A stretch of DNA of 64,000 nt from the NCBI GenBank assembly GCA_963663385.2, contig CAXXXD010000002.1:736001-800000 (forward strand), given 5' to 3'. A program made the translations under genes and the position numbers. The DNA comes from Oceanispirochaeta sp. GTDB lineage: Bacteria > Spirochaetota > Spirochaetia > DSM-2461. Of the stretch, positions 59,310-64,000 are shown piece after piece; position 1 is the stretch's first letter; the number at the start of each line of letters is the position of its first letter. The notes beneath the pieces are model-generated. The model had not been told where the DNA came from, searched no databases, and worked only from the letters and a program-made list of their open reading frames with translations.

Positions 59310-61117
59310 TGCGGAAAGAACAGATGAATATCGTTTTTACCGGTCATGTGGATCACGGAAAGAGCACCGTGGTGGGGCGTCTCCTGGCAGACACGGAGAG
59401 CCTTCCCGAAGGAAAGCTGGAACAGGTGAAAAAAGAGTGTGAGAGAAACTCAAAACCCTTCGAGTATGCCTTTCTGCTGGATGCTCTCAAGGATGAACAG
59501 TCCCAGGGAATTACTATCGATTCGGCCCGGGTGTTTTTCAACACGGATAAGCGGGACTACATAATTATTGATGCGCCGGGGCATATAGAGTTTCTGAAAA
59601 ACATGATTACCGGAGCGGCCCGGGCGGAAGCGGCCTTCCTGGTGATTGATGCGGACGAAGGGGTCCAGGAAAACTCCCGCCGTCACGGCTACCTCCTTTC
59701 CATGCTGGGAATCCGGCAGCTTTGCGTACTGGTTAATAAAATGGACCTTGTTGACTACAGCCGGCCTGTCTATAACCGGATCGTCCGGAGGTATACCCGC
59801 TTTCTGCGGAATATCAATCTGAGTGATGTCAATTTTATTCCTGTCAGCGGCCGGGAAGGGGACAATATCTTTCACAAGGGTGAGAACATGCCCTGGTGGG
59901 ACGGGGGAACGGTTCTGGATCTGCTGGATAATTTTGAAAAAGAGAAGGACCTGATCCATCTGCCCATGCGGATGCCCGTTACGGATATCTACAAATTTAC
60001 CAATCACGGCGACAGCCGGCGTATTATAGCCGGCACTGTGGAAACGGGGTATTTCACTCAGGGGGACGAACTGATCTTCTACCCCTCCGGGAAGAAAAGC
60101 CGCATAAAATCGGTGGAGGCATTTAACGCGGATGTCCCTGACAGAATCAGTGCCGGCATGGCTACCGGGGTGACTCTGGAAGAGCAGATCTATCTTTCCC
60201 GGGGGGCTGTCGCCTGCCGGTCCGACCAGATGCCCCCCAAAGTGGGGAACTGCCTTAAAGTCAGCCTTTTCTGGCTGGGGAAAGAGTCCCTGAAAACGGG
60301 GAAAGAGTACTTCCTCAAGACTGGAACCGCCAGAGTCCGGGCCCAGCTTGTGGAAGTTTCAAGGGTCATAGACGCATCTACCCTTGATGCCGAAGTCAGG
60401 GATAATCAGGTGAACCGTCATGATGTGGCCGAATGCGTATTCAGTCTGCAGAAGGCAATCGCCTTTGATCTGGTGGAAGAACTTCCTCAGACCAGCCGTT
60501 TCGTTCTGGTGGATGAGTATGAAATCGCCGGGGGCGGGATTATCCGTGATCTGGATGACCGGGGACAGGCCGAGTATGGGGAAAAACTGATCAGGCGGAA
60601 CCTGGAATGGGAGAATGGCATTGTAACAGAACTGGACCGGATGCAGGCTTACGGTCAGAGACCCGCCCTTATCCTTGTTACGGGAGAACAGGGCTGCGGG
60701 AAAAAAGTTTTTGCGGAAAAGCTGGAAAAAGAGTTTTTCCGTCTGGAGAAGAAAGTCTACTACCTGGGGTATAAAAGCCTTGAATACGGGCTGGATTCGG
60801 ATCTGAAGACGGGAAAGCGCTTCCGGCTGCAGCAGGCTGTCCGGGAGGAGCATATCCGCAGGATTGCCGAAATTGCCCATATTATGATGGATGCCGGGCT
60901 TTTTCTTATCATCAGGATTGATAACCTGTCTTATGAGGAACGGGATCTGATTCAGCTTCTGATCGGTTCGTCCCGACTGAAAACTGTATGGGTCGGGAAG
61001 GATATAACAACGGATATAGAACCGGACTGGCATATTAAACGGCCACTGGATGTGGACGAACACATGAGGAAGGTGGAACAGATTATGATCGATTGGGAAC
61101 TGGTAGAGGTACGGTGA
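59309..61117 (+). CDS. cysN: Sulfate adenylyltransferase subunit 1 (GTPase) with a degenerate C-terminal APS-kinase-like domain
   Basis: [31 protein letters not shown]; tail [10 protein letters not shown]...GLDSDL...[17 protein letters not shown] resembles CysC. Confidence 0.92.
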   Translation: MRKEQMNIVFTGHVDHGKSTVVGRLLADTESLPEGKLEQVKKECERNSKPFEYAFLLDALKDEQSQGITIDSARVFFNTDKRDYIIIDAPGHIEFLKNMITGAARAEAAFLVIDADEGVQENSRRHGYLLSMLGIRQLCVLVNKMDLVDYSRPVYNRIVRRYTRFLRNINLSDVNFIPVSGREGDNIFHKGENMPWWDGGTVLDLLDNFEKEKDLIHLPMRMPVTDIYKFTNHGDSRRIIAGTVETGYFTQGDELIFYPSGKKSRIKSVEAFNADVPDRISAGMATGVTLEEQIYLSRGAVACRSDQMPPKVGNCLKVSLFWLGKESLKTGKEYFLKTGTARVRAQLVEVSRVIDASTLDAEVRDNQVNRHDVAECVFSLQKAIAFDLVEELPQTSRFVLVDEYEIAGGGIIRDLDDRGQAEYGEKLIRRNLEWENGIVTELDRMQAYGQRPALILVTGEQGCGKKVFAEKLEKEFFRLEKKVYYLGYKSLEYGLDSDLKTGKRFRLQQAVREEHIRRIAEIAHIMMDAGLFLIIRIDNLSYEERDLIQLLIGSSRLKTVWVGKDITTDIEPDWHIKRPLDVDEHMRKVEQIMIDWELVEVR

Positions 61118-62409
61118 TGAGTGGAGCATTTGAAAAATCGGAATACAAAGTGAAAGCCCTCTGCTGCGGCAGAATCCTGAGCGATGAGGGACAGCCCCTG
61201 GTCTGTCCGGATTGCCCGGAATCTCATTTTTTAAGGACAGAATATGCAGACAAACAGCTGAAACTCAAAGACGATTCTCTCGGTTTGTATAAATACAGCG
61301 GATGGCTGCCGGTTGAGAGAGTCCTGGAGGGATCCGCCGCTCCCGTCAGCTATAGAAGTACCGCTCTGGCAGAAAAACTGGGGCTGGAAAATCTCTGGAT
61401 AACCTTTAACGGCTGGTGGCCTGAAAAAGGGGCCGCCATGAAAACAGGAACATTCAAGGAGTGCGAAGCCTATTCGGTTTGCGCCCGTATCCCACGGGAT
61501 AAAAAGGGCATTCTGGTTGTGGCATCCGCGGGAAATACGGCGCGGGCTTTTGCCCGGGTCTGCTCCGATAACAATATCCCCCTTGTTATTACCATTCCCG
61601 AAGATAATATTGGGGCCATGTGGTCGGATAAACCCCTGGCGGACTGTGTGAAAATAGTGGCGGTTTCAGCGGGGGCCGACTATTTTGATGCCATTTCCCT
61701 GGCGGGGAAGCTCTGCAGGGGAGAAGGCTATTTCCCCGAAGGGGGCGCCAGGAATATAGCCCGCCGGGACGGAATGGGGACAACCGTCCTGTCTGCGGTA
61801 ACCGCCATGGGACGAATCCCGGACTACTATTTTCAGGCTGTCGGAAGCGGAACCGGCGCCATTGCCGCCTGGGAGGCAAATCTGCGCTTTCTGAAAGACG
61901 GACGGTACGGGAACAGCAAGATGAAGCTTATGGTCTCCCAGAACGCCCCTTTTCAGATAATCTATGATTCCTGGAAACAGGACAGCCGGGGACTGGTTCC
62001 CCTGGATGATAATCTGGCCCGGGATCAGGTAACGGCCATGGATGCCAAGGTCCTGTCCAACCGCAAGCCTCCGTACTCCCTTCCCGACGGGCTCTATGAT
62101 GCCCTGAAAGACTCGAAAGGGGATGTTTTCCTGGCAGACAACAGGGAAGCTGAAGAGGCCGGACGGCTGTTTCAGGAGTGTGAAGGCATTGATATCTCCC
62201 CGGCGGCTTCGGTTGCGGTTGCTTCTCTGGTGAAGGCCGTCGAAAGCGGCGCTGTGGGAAGGAAAGAAAGAATTATGCTGAATATTACAGGGGGCGGAAC
62301 AAAGCGTTTCGCCGCCGAGTTTACTGTGCGGTATGCCGGGGCTGATCTTGTCTTTGATCCGGATGTGGAAGAGGGAACTCTGATAGACGAAGTTAATAAA
62401 TTATTTTAA
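61117..62409 (+). CDS. Cysteate synthase (PLP, threonine-synthase fold, MA3297 type)
   Basis: N-terminal CCG..CPDC; TGTFKECEA (PLP Lys), ASAGNTARAF, EGGARNIARRDGMGT, YFQAVGSGTGAIAAWE, VLSNRKPPY, LNITGGG; TGATG coupling to cysN. Confidence 0.88.
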   Translation: MSGAFEKSEYKVKALCCGRILSDEGQPLVCPDCPESHFLRTEYADKQLKLKDDSLGLYKYSGWLPVERVLEGSAAPVSYRSTALAEKLGLENLWITFNGWWPEKGAAMKTGTFKECEAYSVCARIPRDKKGILVVASAGNTARAFARVCSDNNIPLVITIPEDNIGAMWSDKPLADCVKIVAVSAGADYFDAISLAGKLCRGEGYFPEGGARNIARRDGMGTTVLSAVTAMGRIPDYYFQAVGSGTGAIAAWEANLRFLKDGRYGNSKMKLMVSQNAPFQIIYDSWKQDSRGLVPLDDNLARDQVTAMDAKVLSNRKPPYSLPDGLYDALKDSKGDVFLADNREAEEAGRLFQECEGIDISPAASVAVASLVKAVESGAVGRKERIMLNITGGGTKRFAAEFTVRYAGADLVFDPDVEEGTLIDEVNKLF

Positions 62410-62448
62410 TACTGGTCCGCCGGATGACGGATACAAGGAGATAATAAA

Positions 62449-63735
62449 ATGAGCGTGGACATTTTTGACAAATGTAAAGGAGACGGAGGTTACTTCGGAA
62501 AATACCGGGCGGCAGGAGATAAAGATCTGACAAGACCCACTATGGACCCCATCCCCGGAAAGACCATGATGTACAACAACGAGGAGTATGTCATGTGGTC
62601 CGTGAACAACTATATTGGACTGGCTGAAAATCAGGAGATAAAGGCTGCCGCCGCACAGGCTCTTGAAACATACGGAACAAGCGCCCCCATGGGATCCCGG
62701 ATGATGAGCGGCAATACCATTCATCATCAGAACCTGGAAAAGCGTTTTGCAGAACTGTCCCGGAAAGAGGCTGCCTACCTTTTTAACTTTGGCTATCTGG
62801 GCGTTCTGGGTATTGTGTCCTCCCTCTGCGGTCCCAAAGATACGGTCGTGGTGGATAAACTGGCCCATGCCTGTATCCTGGATGCGGCCATGATGGCAAA
62901 AGCTTCGGGAGCAAAGATCCGTTACTTCAAGCACAACAACATGGAAGACCTGGAACAGGTTTTGGATAGTGTCAATAAAGACCGGGAAGGCGGTGTGATG
63001 ATCCTGATTGAAGGCGTGTACGGTATGACTGGCGACCTGGCGGATCTGCCCGGCATCTGCGCCCTGAAAGAGAAGTACAACGCCCGTCTGTTTATCGATG
63101 ATGCTCACGGTATAGGTGTTATGGGCGAAAAGGGCCGTGGAACGGGAGACCACTTCGGTGTTCAGGACAGGATCGATATCTACTTCGGAACCTTTGCCAA
63201 GGCTTTCGCTTCCATAGGCGGCTTCTGTGCGGCCGATCAGGATGTTATCGACTGGATCGCCTACAACTCAAGAACCCAGGTTTTTGCCAAGAGCCTCCCC
63301 ATGGTCTATGTAAAAACCCTGGATAAAACCCTGGACTATGTTATTGACGGGGATAACCGCAGAAAGACAATGTGGGACAACTCGAACAAGCTGAGAGACG
63401 GTCTGCGGGATCTGGGATACTACATCGGCACAGGGGAGTCTCCCATCTGTTCCGTTTTTACTCCTACCGGGAGTGATGATCCCAATGGAATGGGGGTCCG
63501 GATGGTAAAATACCTCAGGGAGAATAACATCTTTGTTACGGCTGTTGTATACCCCGTTATCCCTCCCGGGCTTTGTATGTTCCGGATGATCCCCACCACA
63601 TCCCATACGGATGCGGAAATCAATAGAACTATTGAGGTATTCGCCGCCATGAAAAAGGACCTTGATCTGGAAGACACCGTAACGGAAGAGGATATCAGAA
63701 AGATCAGCAAAGTCTACAGAAAAAGACAGGACTGA
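62449..63735 (+). CDS. PLP alpha-oxoamine synthase, cysteate:acyl transferase (Alistipes SulA / CapB type, 3-ketocapnine synthase)
   Basis: WSVNNYIGLA, APMGSRMMSG, NFGY, HACI.D, EGVYGM.GD, DDAHG, GTFAK251, and FAK281SLPM where serine palmitoyltransferases have Ala. Confidence 0.82.
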   Translation: MSVDIFDKCKGDGGYFGKYRAAGDKDLTRPTMDPIPGKTMMYNNEEYVMWSVNNYIGLAENQEIKAAAAQALETYGTSAPMGSRMMSGNTIHHQNLEKRFAELSRKEAAYLFNFGYLGVLGIVSSLCGPKDTVVVDKLAHACILDAAMMAKASGAKIRYFKHNNMEDLEQVLDSVNKDREGGVMILIEGVYGMTGDLADLPGICALKEKYNARLFIDDAHGIGVMGEKGRGTGDHFGVQDRIDIYFGTFAKAFASIGGFCAADQDVIDWIAYNSRTQVFAKSLPMVYVKTLDKTLDYVIDGDNRRKTMWDNSNKLRDGLRDLGYYIGTGESPICSVFTPTGSDDPNGMGVRMVKYLRENNIFVTAVVYPVIPPGLCMFRMIPTTSHTDAEINRTIEVFAAMKKDLDLEDTVTEEDIRKISKVYRKRQD

Positions 63736-63736
63736 T

Positions 63737-64000
63737 GTGAAAAACAGAGTTACACTCTGGTGTCATGAGTTGGCTGGGGCCTCCCCGCAGGAGGTTCTTG
63801 CCTGGGCTTATAAAACATTTGATCTGTCCAGAATCGCTCTCTCTAACAGTCTGGGGCTGGAGGACATGGTATTAACGGATATGCTGATGAAACTCGATCA
63901 GGAGTTCCCCGTATTCACCCTGGATACGGGGCGTCTCTTTCAGGAAACCTATGATCTGATGGAAGAGGCTCGGCTTAAATGGAAGCTGTCCATGAAGGTT
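63737..64000 (+). CDS. cysH: APS/PAPS reductase, 3'-truncated by the window edge; not in the ORF track
   Basis: GTG start 2 nt after the upstream stop; ...SPQEVLAWA...SNSLGLEDMVL...VFTLDTGRLFQETYDL... Confidence 0.88.
   Translation, partial: MKNRVTLWCHELAGASPQEVLAWAYKTFDLSRIALSNSLGLEDMVLTDMLMKLDQEFPVFTLDTGRLFQETYDLMEEARLKWKLSMKV

Noticed and set aside
61117..62409. Threonine synthase or coenzyme M pathway
   Set aside because: Cysteate-synthase-type motifs and sulfate-activation context; no hom/thrB or comDE in the window.
62449..63735. BioF, KBL or serine palmitoyltransferase assignment
   Set aside because: No bio or tdh genes nearby; Lys281 and the adjacent cysteate synthase favour a cysteate acyltransferase. 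Not experimentally excluded.

Overview
Bacterial chromosomal window, most likely from a free-living spirochaete (Spirochaetaceae-like). This assignment is inferred from solute-binding proteins with Cys-less signal peptides ending in 'AAGQQE', 'ANGQSE', 'ANGQQE' and 'AGGGQE', and from overall gene content. Most of the window is transport, catabolism and signalling: two sugar ABC/rhamnulokinase-family cassettes with DeoR and a class II aldolase, a CitAB-type two-component system with a 2-hydroxycarboxylate symporter, two 7TM-GGDEF cyclases, a YesMN + XylF/ChvE-MmsAB locus, two hybrid kinases, a CUT1 ABC + HAD + YesMN locus, dppABCDF, rlmB, leuA-leuB and a glycerol-3-phosphate-dehydrogenase-like trio. 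The standout is at the right end (58428-64000): a tightly coupled operon cysD - cysN (degenerate APS-kinase tail) - cysteate synthase - SulA/CapB-type PLP acyltransferase (Lys251 and Lys281 conserved) - cysH (partial). It looks like a sulfate-to-capnine (sulfonolipid) pathway, a lipid class I know only from Bacteroidota and relatives. Features missing from the ORF track: a 45-aa Cys/His-rich ORF coupled to rlmB; an intergenic 'graveyard' (3693-3985) holding fragments of three loci found intact elsewhere in the window; an orphan alternative C-terminus of a mosaic lipoprotein between direct repeats (56299-56576); tandem ARG-like boxes before dpp; and REP/BoxC-like repeats. I recognised no tRNA, rRNA, CRISPR array or transposase. 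All calls come from reading motifs by eye; no database searches were run.
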